Positions 1 to 11,066 of a stretch of DNA of 64,000 nucleotides are shown piece by piece. Each line of letters starts with the position of its first letter. The stretch's first letter is position 1. The position numbers and the translations under genes were made by a program. The notes under the pieces were generated by a model. It was not told where the DNA came from, did not search any database, and saw nothing but the letters and a program-made list of their open reading frames with translations. This stretch comes from Perkinsela sp. CCAP 1560/9 (taxonomy: Eukaryota > Protista > Euglenozoa: Kinetoplastea), in contig CBFFSA010000009.1 in the NCBI GenBank assembly GCA_965644495.1, forward strand, positions 310,001 to 374,000. Direction: 5' to 3'.

Positions 1-222
1 TGATGAGTGTACAAACTGCTGGTGAGCCGCTCAAGATCCATTTCTTGTGGTACACTCACTGCACGAACTTTCGAAGGGCGCGTGGATGGAGCTTGGGAAT
101 CCATTACACGTAAGTTAGATAAAATATTAAGGGTATTTAAAAAATACTACTATTTTTTTCCGGCAATGCCTGTCGACTATGTTGCAATGTCATTCTTACA
201 TGCATCATTAGCGGACACCCGC

Positions 223-363
223 CTTCCTCCACTCTTTTACCGCGGAGGATAGTATAGCGGCGTTGCCTTTTTGTACAGCCACATTAATGGCTTGTAGTGC
301 ATGACGCAGGAAACCTTTTCTGTCATACGTATATACCTTGCGATCTCCTTTTAGGAGGAGTAC
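223..363 (-). pseudogene. 3' fragment of a CRE-like non-LTR retrotransposon (end of the endonuclease region)
   Basis: Near-identical to 41380-41510, which encodes the C-terminus (LRHALQAINVAVxKGNAAILSSAVKEW) of the CRE-like ORF 41351..42325. Confidence 0.75.
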
Positions 364-921
364 TATTTTTTTTACTTGTGCAGAGGCTCTTCAATTCTTT
401 TGCGCATCAATTCAAAAAGAATTCTACCATTCATTACCGACAAAGCATTTATTAAAGGATAAATGAATAAAAATACCCCTAAAAACCCCTGGCCACCAAT
501 AAGGCGCCCCGCCTTATTTTTTGCATTAGGGGTCATGGTAGGGTTATGATACCATATTTTCGTTTTGAGATCTTTAATTTATATTAATTTATCCGTTAAT
601 AAATAAATTTAATACGCCTAAAACGTACGGCTAGGGGGGACCTTCGATGAGTACTCATGGTAAGTTGTAGACTTTCGATGAGTAATCATCGAAGGTGTTT
701 TTGACATTTTCATTTTTTTGCAATTTAGCAAATTGAATGGCCTAGTCTTCCCCTCCGGAGGCAAGACCGAACTGTGAGCGAAACCCACTTCTGGAGGCAA
801 AAGCCCCCGTTTGCCAAGTCCCAACTGTGAGCGTAGCCCTGGGACAGTAATATATTTTTCGATGGCGGTCCTTGAGAAACCTGCTCCAGGCTTCGGGCTG
901 GAAACTGCGGAGTTAAATAAG

Positions 922-1110
922 TTAAGTGACGTAGTTAAAGTAAAAAATACGCTTTTGTAAGAAAACTTCAATCAAATCACAGTTCTCAGACAATGCTTTT
1001 AGTGTGTTATCAAGTGTCCCGACAAAACGATTTTCGCTAAGGTTCACACTTTGCATATTCACCGGCAGACTCGTCAAACATACAGTTCCATTGAATCTGT
1101 TGTCAGTTAA
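922..1110 (-). pseudogene. 3' part of the LRR gene split by the retrotransposon at 1111-6154
   Basis: Manual translation from 1110 gives LTDNRFNGTVCLTSLPVNMQSVNLSENRFVGTLD..., with TAA at 922-924. It joins in frame to ...LPHCFEDLA at 6155. Confidence 0.85.
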
Positions 1111-1201
1111 GTTTAATTTATCATACCTTTATAAGGCAGAGAATATGCGGATAGGCCTGGGGGGCGCATATGACGCTGCCCAGACCTATCTTTTACAGAC
1201 G

Positions 1202-4200
1202 TTATACCCGTCCTTCTGTCCAAACGGCAGACTCACGGTTCTGCCAGATAATGAAACTGCCTCGAAGGGCGGTCTGCATTAGACTTTCTCGACATTTTTC
1301 CGCAAGCTTTGTGTCCTCGTCAAAGAGGAGGTTGAGGTTTCGACAAGATGTGAGTAACGAGCCGCGGGCTCCCACTTCGAATACAACAAGGGTCGTCCTA
1401 GGGTGATTAATGCGTCGTTCATGGAAGAGAGCATTATATTTACGGGATTTGCCCTCGTGCGCCTGAGACTGGTTCTCTTCCCAGGGCACAGTGAGCTCAA
1501 TGATGAACTCACTTCCATCCTTAAGTGTAATCAAACCGTCGGGGCGAAGAAGGTCCTCACTGGTGCCGAGCCATGCCGGGGCATTCCTAAATCCGGGGAT
1601 ATCTAGGTGTACGCTCTCGGTATACGGCGAACGCAGCAAGTGTTTTCCGAGCTCTTCAAGTAACATGTCATGACGGAGGGTGTATCTCCCTTGCTGAAGG
1701 GACTCTTTGCACCCCGAGAGCACGTGCCTTGTTGTTTGAGGTTCGAGTTTACATATGGGACATGTTACACTCGCACGCCGGAGACCCCAAAGCCGAAGAT
1801 TGGTTCTGGATGGTAGGGGTGAAAGCGTTAGTACTGAAGCTGCGAAGCGAGAAAGTTTTTCACTGTTGAGGTTGTTCAGGGCCGCTGAGAACTCTTTCGC
1901 GAGATCAGCCTCGGAGGGGAGGCTCCACCATTTTGCTGCTGTCGGTGCCCGTCTCTGAAGCTGATTTATGACGTAAGATTCATGGTTATCACGGGCTATC
2001 TGTTGCGCCTTCCGCGCGTCATGAAGGTGTTGAATGGCGTCAGCGCTTGGACGAATATAACCAGAGGATCGTTTTTCTTCTTCTTGCTTGATTCGGGCTC
2101 GTAGTGCCGCCTGTATCGATGGGTCCCGCGACTTGTGCATCTGTGTTAAGGCTAGGATAGAGCATTCGGACCACAGCTTGGATAAACTTTTAAGGTTCCA
2201 CCCTCGTTCAGTATAAAGAATTTCGGTGCAAGTCGTGGATGCTGCATTGATCCACTTCTTAAGGTGACGCGTAATTCTTTTCTGCAATCGCAATACAAAG
2301 TTGAAAGTGACACACGGGTGAACGGTGAGGGCGTAGCGCAGACGGGATACGATCGCTCTGTTGTAGATCCAAAGTTTTTCGGGGAGACTGTGTGCACTCT
2401 CGTCGACATTCCGAAGCCATGTTCTTAGTCTGACATCCAGCTTTTTGAAAAGTTCTTTCGCTTGCTGTGCTCCTGGTGCTATGGTCATTCCAAGAAAAGT
2501 GCTTCCACGGTCACATATATGTGGTATCGCTTTGCCTTCGATACTGAGTCTCGGCTTCCTGGTCATGTAACCCGGGTGCTCACTGCCTTCACGCATGGAC
2601 ATGCACTGTGTACGGCTCTTGTCTACGTTGATTGAGAGTCCTATTCGTCTCAGTGCAGTTTCGAGTGTGTTGGTCGCGTGCTGCATGTCGGTATCGCTGC
2701 TAGTCAGTATCGTCAGGTCGTCAACGTAGGCTTTCAGGAAATGCCTTGGAGTATCTGGGTAGTCAAGGCCATACCGGGGGCACGATTGCTTGAGGTATCG
2801 TAGTACAGTTTCCATCACTAAGTTGAAAATTATGGGCGACAGGGTATCACCTTGTAGTACGCCTCTGTGTATCGGTATAACACGTGACAAACCTTCGACA
2901 CACTTAATACGCATTTCCGCATGTGAATACATGCTTTCAACGTAGGACACGATTTGTGGCGAGACGTTTGCCCATCGCAGTGCCTCGAAGATGATGTTAT
3001 GGGGGACCGAGCCGAATGCATTGCTGAGATCAAACTGCGTGAGACAATATTGCCTTTTGTTTCGGCGGTAATATTGTAATATTTCGGAGAGAGCTTGCGT
3101 GTGTTCCAGTGTACCACTCATCTTCGGAAGAAAGCCTTTTTGAACGCTTGTATCTAGGAGGCCGGAGGACACGGTATGCGTCAAAATTTGGTGTCCGATC
3201 ATGCTATTGAAAAGTTTGCCTAGAGCGCTAGTCAGGGAGATAGGTCTCCAGTTTTTCGGGATGTGTTTTTCGCCTCCTTTGTGAATGAGTTTAACTACGG
3301 CGGAGGACCAGCATGGCGGGCAGACGCCGTAGCGCAGAAGATCATTAAACGTGTTCGCTATACGGGGGTACAGGTATTTGCATTATTTTAGAAGTGCGTT
3401 TGTAATCGTATCACGCCCTGGCGCGCTTGCGCTTCTTTTGCTGCTGAGCGCGTCTGCGACATCTTGCGCGGTCAGTGGAGACCATTCCATTTCGTTGATG
3501 GGTAGAGGACCAAGTACGTTGTTCGGCGGCAGGCGATGCTCTTCGGCGGGAGGTGCTGTGCTTTCTGTGAAATATTTTTCTATCGTAGGCAAATCGCATT
3601 CAGGATATTCGGCGGTGGCGGAGGTCGAGGGGCGGTCCAAGGCCTCGGATGCTGCTGTCCACGGGTTCCGCGTGAATCTGCTATGGGCCCATTGTCTTTC
3701 TAGCTGTTTCCTATGTGCTTTGGCCTCTTCTGTGTATGTTTTCTCTAGCTTCTCACTTTCCTTAATGCAGCGACGGAGCTCTTGGCGTTCCGTTCCGTGT
3801 GTGTAGCGTAGTGATTTCTTTTGGTTGCGTATGTGTTTCGTCATTTCGTGGGCTGCATTTTCAGACGAAAGTGGCCGGTGCTTGAATCGGGCGTGTCCGC
3901 GTTTCGATCGCGTGAGGAAACCTTTAGTGGGGTTAATCTCTTGTGCAATTTCGTATGCCGCCACTGCCAGAGAGGCACCCAGGAGTTCTGCGTTTTTCAC
4001 TGCGATTTCCGGGGTGTCTACTGTTGGATATTGCAGCCTTCGGCATGTATCGTATGCCTTGTTTTCAACCGCCTTCCATTGATCGTCGTTAAGCTTTAGG
4101 CACATTTTCCCCCCTGTTATGGTTTTGTGTTGTTCAAGCAGATGGAGGCGCTCCCTTTCGCTGGTTTCATCCCATGATGGAACTCGAAGTTCCGTAGTGT

Positions 4201-5788
4201 GCGAAGGAGGAGGAAGAGGAGAAGGTCGGACGAGGGGCTCATTGTACCTAAGCGGTCCATATATCTTACAGCATTTATGCAGACAGCGTAGCTTGGCCGA
4301 GCATCGGTGGCGACATGGTTCCACGTGTACGGTGTTCTGTGGGTAATGCGCTGCACTGCTAGGCGTCGCGTCAGGGAGTGGCGCAGGGTTGTGCATAGTG
4401 CTATCTTTGTTGTCAGTGCACGTCGCATCCGTTATTTGCACAGTATGTTGGTTCCCGTTTGTTGGTCCGTTGATGCTAGTATTGGGAAGGCGGTAGAAGT
4501 TTATAACGTTACGCATGGCCCAACCAGCCAATTTAGCAGCTTTCAGTAGGAAATCACTATCGTTGTCGTTGAGGTTTGGTGCTACGGAGTTCTGGTTGAC
4601 GTCGGCCCCCTCTGTTTGGGTTCCCTCGGCAGGTGGGACCATTTGGACATCAGGTGGAGGTTGTGTTGCCGGGTTTAACCCGCGTTCTAAAGTTGTATGA
4701 GCGCCCTCCCGTGATATTGCGTTGCATAGCTTCGTTTGTAGATTTTCATTTGTAGAAGTCGCGGAAGTTGGAAAGTCCAGATGCGAAGATTTAATGCCTC
4801 GTTTACAACATAGATGTCCGCACGTAGCTTTGTTCTTGCAGGAATGACGACATGGATGCGGGGCGGAAGGTTCATCATGTACGGTAGGTTTGCGGTGACC
4901 GTTCGACGCATGTGTGTTGCATTTTGTATGTGTCGCAGGTTCCGAAGAGGTGCTTTCCGGCGTATATTTACTTGGATCTCCTGGGTTGGTGTTATTTGCA
5001 GTTCCTTCTGGGACGATCTCAGGTGGCAGTGCTCCTTCTGATGAGCAATATGTAGCGTCCTCACTCGGCAGCGGTCCATAGATTTTACAGCACTTGTGAG
5101 CACAGGAGAGTTTGCTCAAGCAGCGGTGCTTGCATGGTCCCTTGTGTTGATCAGTTTTACCCTTCTGGGGCTTTGGCGTTCGTGGGGGAGCGATTTTATG
5201 AGGGGATTCTTCTATCCTGCGCGGCTTCTCGTATTCCGCGGTTTCAGTGCTTGGTGTTTCCTGGTTTCTTATGAGCTCGATTTTTATGTGCTTCAGTCCC
5301 GATATTTCTCTTCCCTGTATGGCCTTCAGGGCTGCCTTATTTAGCGTGCTTGGGGTGGAATACTTGTCTCGCAGGCTGAGGGCAGGGTCGGTGTGCATCG
5401 AGACCCAGTTTGGGTGCAGGGAGATGGTGTAGGGGTGTTCATTCCTCGTAACCTTTATATAGTCGCACGCGTTATGCTCCACGAGCTCCTCAAAGGTGGT
5501 GTGTTCAGCTACGAGATCGTGTGCTGATGCACACTTACTCAGCAGTTTCGTGATAGCTACTTCCGCACCTTGTCGGGATGGAATTCTTTGTCTGACTATG
5601 GACCATTGGCTCGCGGTCTTAATGTCCGGGAAATACGTCCAATGCAGGTCAGTGAGGCGTCGTATCTTAACGGGCCGTGATCTGCTGTGGACGAAGTGCA
5701 GGGTTTGCGTCTGTACGCCGCCGGAAGCTCGAGGGAGGTCCGGCAGCGCATCGTCAACATTCCGCGGAGAAGTGGGATTGTCGGACAT
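1202..5788 (-). pseudogene. Retrotransposon polyprotein (N-terminal domain, 3 Cys/His fingers, RT, CCHC knuckle, RLE) with one in-frame TAA
   Basis: ORFs 3383..5827 and 1202..3202 are in the same frame. The gap reads LLK*CKYL...KLIHKGG..NWRPISLTS, where the paralogs have K/R at the stop. Motifs: QGDTLSP, YVDD, CPIC-x8-H-x4-C, RPD..IIELTVPWEEN, K..KY, EVGARG. Likely ATG at 5788. Confidence 0.9.
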
Positions 5789-5821
5789 GTTGGAGATACA
5801 GTTTAGAAAAAAAAACAACAA

Positions 5822-5850
5822 CAACAAGGTACAGAAACTGTATCTTTATC
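5822..5850 (-). other. Spliced-leader-like exon fragment GATAAAGATACAGTTTCTGTACCTTGTTG
   Basis: Contains the conserved kinetoplastid/diplonemid SL core ACAGTTTCTGTAC and ends in TTG at the expected distance. It is not followed by a GT donor. Confidence 0.8.
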
Positions 5851-5851
5851 G

Positions 5852-6126
5852 TTGTGTTCTCTAGTGCCACTTGTACGTGTTCAGGGCGTAGCCCAAAAGC
5901 GCCACCCGATGACCCCCGGTGAAAAGTTGCAAGAGCCTGCGTTACGTCTTCCTCTGTGGCTCGTAGTGGTTTTGGTCCCATTTCCGTCGATGAACTGAGG
6001 GGTTTCACCGACGTAGCGAGTCGGGATGGATGCTTAGCTTGGAGTAGTAGTGTAGTTAGTGCCGGCCGGCAACGGGCATGAAAATACAGTAAGAGTATGC
6101 CCGTTGCCGGGGAAAGAAAGGATGAA
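5852..6126 (-). mobile_element. Short CRE-derived segment (14-bp hairpin leader plus RT N-terminal fragment)
   Basis: Perfect stem 6066-6079/6097-6110. Translation EEDVTQALATFHRGSSGGAFGLRPEH resembles the GSxGGxxGLRPxH motif at the start of CRE-clade RTs. Confidence 0.6.
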
Positions 6127-6155
6127 CAACAAGGTACAGAAACTGTATCTTTATC
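6127..6155 (-). other. Second identical spliced-leader-like 29-mer, at the outer 5' junction
   Basis: Exact copy of 5822-5850, abutting LRR codons GAT TTG GCG. Confidence 0.8.
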
Positions 6156-6661
6156 GCCAAATCTTCGAAGCAGTGCGGAAGAGAAGTCAGGTCCAACTCG
6201 CCTGCAAACCGATTTTCGTACAGAGTTAGTGATCGCAGTTCCGAAGGCAAGCGCGTGAGAGGCACTGTCCCTTCTAGCGCGTTCCCAAGCACATCAAAAT
6301 CGTACAAACTATGTGGGAGATAAATCAAGTTCATAGTACCTGACAAATCTCGTTGGGTCCATCTCACGTGGCTGACTTCTTCCCGCTCGTTACAACTCAC
6401 ACCTTCCCACTCGCATGCTGGCGTGTGAAGACTCCACGATTCGTCCAAGTTGTGGACTTCCGCGAGGAGACGAACGAGTTGATACTCTTGAGGTAAATTC
6501 GCAGCGCTCACTTTAGCAATACGCGATCTCGTCTTTGTAGTTTCTTCAGCAGAATGAGTGTTGGAAGGTATTGGGCTTTCGACTTTACGTCGTTTAGTCG
6601 ACGGTTCCTGAATATCCGAACATGTGAGCTGCACGATAGTGCGTAGGGTTAAGCGCCGCAT
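6155..6661 (-). pseudogene. 5' part of an interrupted LRR gene (NLS-like PSTKRRKVE)
   Basis: RIAKVSAANLPQEYQL and SW..TPACEWEGVSC motifs, two complete LRRs, and a third cut by the insertion. Confidence 0.88.
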
Positions 6662-7075
6662 GTAAAGTGAGAAGGCAATTTATATAATGAAAGTTAATTA
6701 TTTTTAGACATTGTTTTTAGTGGTTTATACCGCGTTGTTCGGAAACATTTCTCAGACAAAGTACCTTTTTTTGAACTACACGGAACTTTCGAAATTGTTG
6801 CACAATAAAGAATGGCTCTCGCCACAGACAAACATCGCCACAAAAATCGAAATTGCGAAAAGATATCGCAGTGTCTCGCTTTTTCTCGATCGTAAGATTT
6901 ATTTCGAAATGGAAGGTAGAAAAGAAGTTACACCTCAGCATAAGATGGATACCTGGACATCGAAATGCTGCAGAACCACAGTCTCGTAACAGCGACATTG
7001 CATCAAGTCGTAATACGAGTAACATGAGAAATAGTTCGAACAGAAATGGATTAACGACGCTGTCTTAATAAACCA

Positions 7076-8440
7076 GGGAGGGAGTCACGAATGACCTCGG
7101 AGGCAGATGACTACCTCCGGAGCGTGCACCCTCGGGACACGGAGTCTACAAGAAGACCTCGAATACCATACCAAACATGATTCGGAACACATGCCCGAGG
7201 GGAGGGAGTCACGAATAACCTCGGAGGCAGATAACTACCTCCGGAGCGTGCACCCTCGGGACACGGAGTCTACAAGAAGACCTCGAATACTATACCAAAC
7301 ATGATTCGGAACACATGCCCGAGGGGAGGGAGTCACGAATGACCTCGGAGGCAGATGACTACAGTAAACGTCACTATTCTGAGAGTCGCTAAAAATGAGA
7401 ATTGGGCTGTCAACGTACAACTGGCTAAAATGAGAATGCACCTTGAAAAATGAGAATGGAGCTTCTGTCATGTGTCAACGTTCAATTCAATTTTACACTC
7501 AAAAATGAGAATTGAAAAAAAAGCGCTTTCGTTTTCTCAATGATTAACTCACTGCTTCATCTTCACTCACTGGAGAGTTTGGACCCGAATGGCCAAATCT
7601 CCGTTACTGGGGGGGTATGCTTTTTTGGTGGGAAAAAACCTTTTTTACTCACGAGTTCGTTGATTTTCTGCCCTGACAACCCCGCAACTACGCCATTCGC
7701 TCCCGCGCAACCACCCTCACCCAGCCCAGCGACCCCCACCCGCCCAAACACCCCCCCCCCCTCCAACCACCCTCCCGAACCAAATCTCTGTTACTGAGGG
7801 TCAGCCGAAAAATCGTCCAATCTCTGTTGCGGGGGGGGTCTATTACTGGCACACAAATGTCTTAGTGAGACCAAAAAAAGAAAAGACAACATTGATTTAA
7901 GTGACTACGAGTAATGAAACTTTGTTTTTCTGAAAACAAAACGCTATTACACAAAAGGAAAACTGGCGCTGTTTGACTGCGCGGTGTTCTACTGATAGAG
8001 CGGCGACTCCGTAAACCGAGGAGATAGTTGGAGATCACTGGGGGTCATTTTTGTGCACCCAAAGCGGCCAGTTGCTCCGCTGCTAACGTGTTTCTTGCGA
8101 AACGTTTTCTTTTTTAAAAATGAGAATTGGGATTTGACCTCATAAAAAAGTGCCTGTCAACGTTCAACAGACCAATTCTGAGAATAGTGACGAAAAACGA
8201 CAAAAAAGCCGTTTTTTCTGTGTCAACGTACAACTGAGCATTCTGAGAATAGTGACGTTTACTGTACCTCCGGAGCGTGCACCCTCCGGACACGGAGTCT
8301 ACAAGAAGACCTCGAATACTATACCAAACATGATTCGGAACACATGCCCGAGGGGAGGGAGTCACGAATGACCTCGGAGGCAGATGACTACCTCCGGAGC
8401 GTGCACCCTCCGGACACGGAGTCTTCGAAAAGACCTCGAA
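7076..8440 (+). repeat. 124-bp tandem repeat array, interrupted by a MITE
   Basis: GGAGTCACGAAT recurs at 7081, 7205 and 7329. The third unit breaks at TA 7360-61 and resumes at 8265. Confidence 0.9.
7362..8264. mobile_element. Non-autonomous Tc1/pogo-type MITE, containing a fragment of a second repeat family
   Basis: TIR CAGTAAACGTCACTATTCT(G/C)AGA at both ends and TA TSD (7360-61, 8265-66). The interval ~7585-7850 resembles the 38658-38969 family. Related ends occur at ~24630-24690 and ~30085-30133. Confidence 0.85.
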
Positions 8441-8696
8441 TTTGATTATTAATAGAGGGCTGCGCAGTATGTCGTGCCAGGCCGATTCCCAAGCATTTCC
8501 TTATTATTAGAATTTTGGAGAAAAGCAATACGTAAAGTAGATGAATAAATAAGTGGACTTGTAAATAATGAGTTCAAGAAAGAAATACAGGCCCTTTGTT
8601 TTTTATCATCCGCTTATTTCAGTAACTTATAAGTTTAATATTGCGTTTGATTTGCGCTCTTCCCTCACACTTTCTCGTTTTTTGTTCACGAGAACG

Positions 8697-10420
8697 ACGG
8701 GCTTGGGACCGGTATCTAGCGTGTTTATGGAGCTGTGATAATGTACGCTATTCAATGTCCCGCATGGAGAGAGTACGTGCTAAGTGTATGCCACGACTTC
8801 CTAGGGAAATCTGAACAGGGGAAGATAAAGACGGCTTGGAATCTCCTTCTCGCTGTTAAGCGCTTCCTTTTCTTCCCGGAGGACAAGCTATCGCAAAGAC
8901 AGCTTGCACGCGAACTACGCATGCGAGCTCACCTTGAGGGCTCAGAAACCTCGGCCCCGACCACCCCCAACCCGGCCAATGGCTCCCCTATGTCGGCGGT
9001 CAAACGCGCGACGGAACTGATTAGAGCAGAAGCTTTCTCGAGAGCCGCCAAAATTCTGGAGGCACCGCTCGACCCACCGGCCAATCCCGCGGCAGCCCTT
9101 GCACAAGCCAAACGACTTCATCCTTCTGGGGGACCCTACACCACGGGGAAATATCTCTACAATAAGGACCGACACGGGTCCCTGCCTTCCCCTGCGGATG
9201 TAGCTAGAAAGGCCCAAAGCCTGGCACCGCTTCGCGCCCCGGGCCCGACGGGGTGGACTAAAGAACTCGTAACCCCAGTTCTAATGGACGACGGTCCACG
9301 TGACACAGTCACGTGGATCATACATGGAATACTAACCAACTCTCTCCGTCCCTCGATGCGCGAGCTGCTTACGGGGGCATCGTTGAAACTATTTACCAAG
9401 CCGGGCGCCCCAGCTGGACATCACTCCTCGTACCGCCCCATAGCGATGGGGGAATGCCTTCTGAAGGTCGCCGGTCTTCTGGCCCCGGAGAAAGTGAGAG
9501 AACACCTCCCCACATTCTTCCAAGGACTCCAGTTCGGAGCACGATACACCCAAGGGTGTGAACATATTATATACAGCACTTCCGGGACAGGCCCGATGAA
9601 ATCATAGTGGCTGCGGACCTGGAAAATGCTTTCAATATCTCGCGGTCTGTCATCTTCCGGGCCCTGGAGGGGGACCCGAAGCTACTCCCTCTGGAGGGTA
9701 TCACCCTCTTTAGCTACGGGAAGGCTAGCTCTCTCCACTTGGGGGAAGGTACATCTATTATAAGTTCCAGAGGGGTTAAGCAAGGTGATCCTATGGCTCC
9801 TATCCTATTCGCCATAGGGATACACGGGGCCATAGCCAAAGTGGCTGCTAAATTCCCTGGAACCCTCAAAGTCTGGGCGTCTCTGGATGATGTTACCTTT
9901 GCAGGGGAGCCCAAGGTGTGCGGGGCGGCCCTGGAGGCAATGCAAGGGGAGATTAAGTCACTAGGGCTTAACATCCCTTTTGAGCATAAGGCCGAGGGCA
10001 TGCAGGCCAAGGCCAAATGTGTCCTGCAAGGCCTACCTCAAGGCCAGTCGACTAAAGATCAGCGTCGCTCCCTCTGCGAGGCGGCCCTACTGAAAGGCCC
10101 ATCCACCACGCAACTGATCTGCATGCGGCAGATTCAGAACGTTCATTCCACAAAGTGGATGAATGCGTGGCCCAACCGGCCGGAGTACTACATGTGGGAC
10201 CCGCAGTGGGAGACTACGGCCCGTCTCCGGTACTTGGTCGCCCGTACCTCGGAGCCTGAGCTCCAGTGCGTGTGCGGTGCAACCCTCCGCAACGAGGAGT
10301 TTTGCGTACACGCACTGGATTGTAAGAAGGTTAAGGGGAAAACCCAGGCCTCCCGCCACAAGGAGGTCAAGGAGGCCTTCAGAAACCTCCTAATCCACTA
10401 CGGGTCTAATCCAAAGGTAG
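8697..10420 (+). pseudogene. Degenerate CRE/SLACS-clade non-LTR retrotransposon ORF (RT, internal deletion, zinc knuckle)
   Basis: Motifs APGPTGW, YRPIAMGE, LQFG, DLENAFN, GVKQGDPMAP, SLDDV, CVCG..HALDC and RHKEVK. Frameshift near 9570-9600. A possible continuation GNGGRRP lies at ~13435, after the nested element. Confidence 0.8.
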
Positions 10421-11066
10421 GTTTAATCCAAAGGTTCTCATCCAAACTATGGATCTACCAACATGCCGTCCTATCCGAATTGCGCTTTCAATTCGTTGTT
10501 CATGCTAGCCTTACTCATTCAGTGAGAGGCTACAAAAGAGAGCCACCCACCATATCAAGAAGTGGATGAACTTTGCCTCTGCCACCAGTACTGAAAGCTT
10601 ATATACCTCACGCGGATGGAATCTTACAAGCGCATCGCAATTATGGCACCTTTGGACCGGGGAAGCTCTTTGCCATATGCAAAGTTCTTGTGACCCGAAT
10701 GTGCTACAATCCCTCCGCTCCCGAATAGAGGAAGAGAAGAATGTACCCCGCCGAGGCTTGATAAGACCAGCAACTTATACTCTTGATGATCTTGCAGATT
10801 TCAACCGAGTCAAGGACATCCTACGCAAACAGTATGAAACGAACACGTTACAGAAACTGAAAAAACGGGCCCCAATAAGTTCAAAATGGTGGGTCCTACC
10901 GGTTGATCCTGACACAGCTAAACATTTTGCGGCAGCGATAAACGGAATAAAGAACTATAAGCTTTCCCGATTTGCAGCATCGATTATGACCCTGACACCT
11001 CTCCCCTCCTGCGCCGCTCTCCGCAGATGGGGAATATCATCACACTCAAATACGACGTGCCCCATA

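Larger units (their letters stand above)
1111..6154 (-). mobile_element. Full-length RLE-type (HERO/NeSL-like) non-LTR retrotransposon copy 1, with a chimeric SL-headed 5' extension
   Basis: Boundaries are set by the two halves of the interrupted LRR gene. It contains the RT/ZnK/RLE ORF, a structured 3' UTR and two SL-like 29-mers. No TSD is visible. Confidence 0.9.

Noticed and set aside
3351-5864. Many antisense or overlapping ORFs within the retrotransposon and LRR coding regions
   Set aside because: These are shadow frames of real coding sequence and are not conserved between paralogous copies.
5822-6155. Functional SL RNA genes
   Set aside because: The exon 5' part is not clearly present, there is no GT donor after TTG, and no Sm site or tandem gene context was seen.
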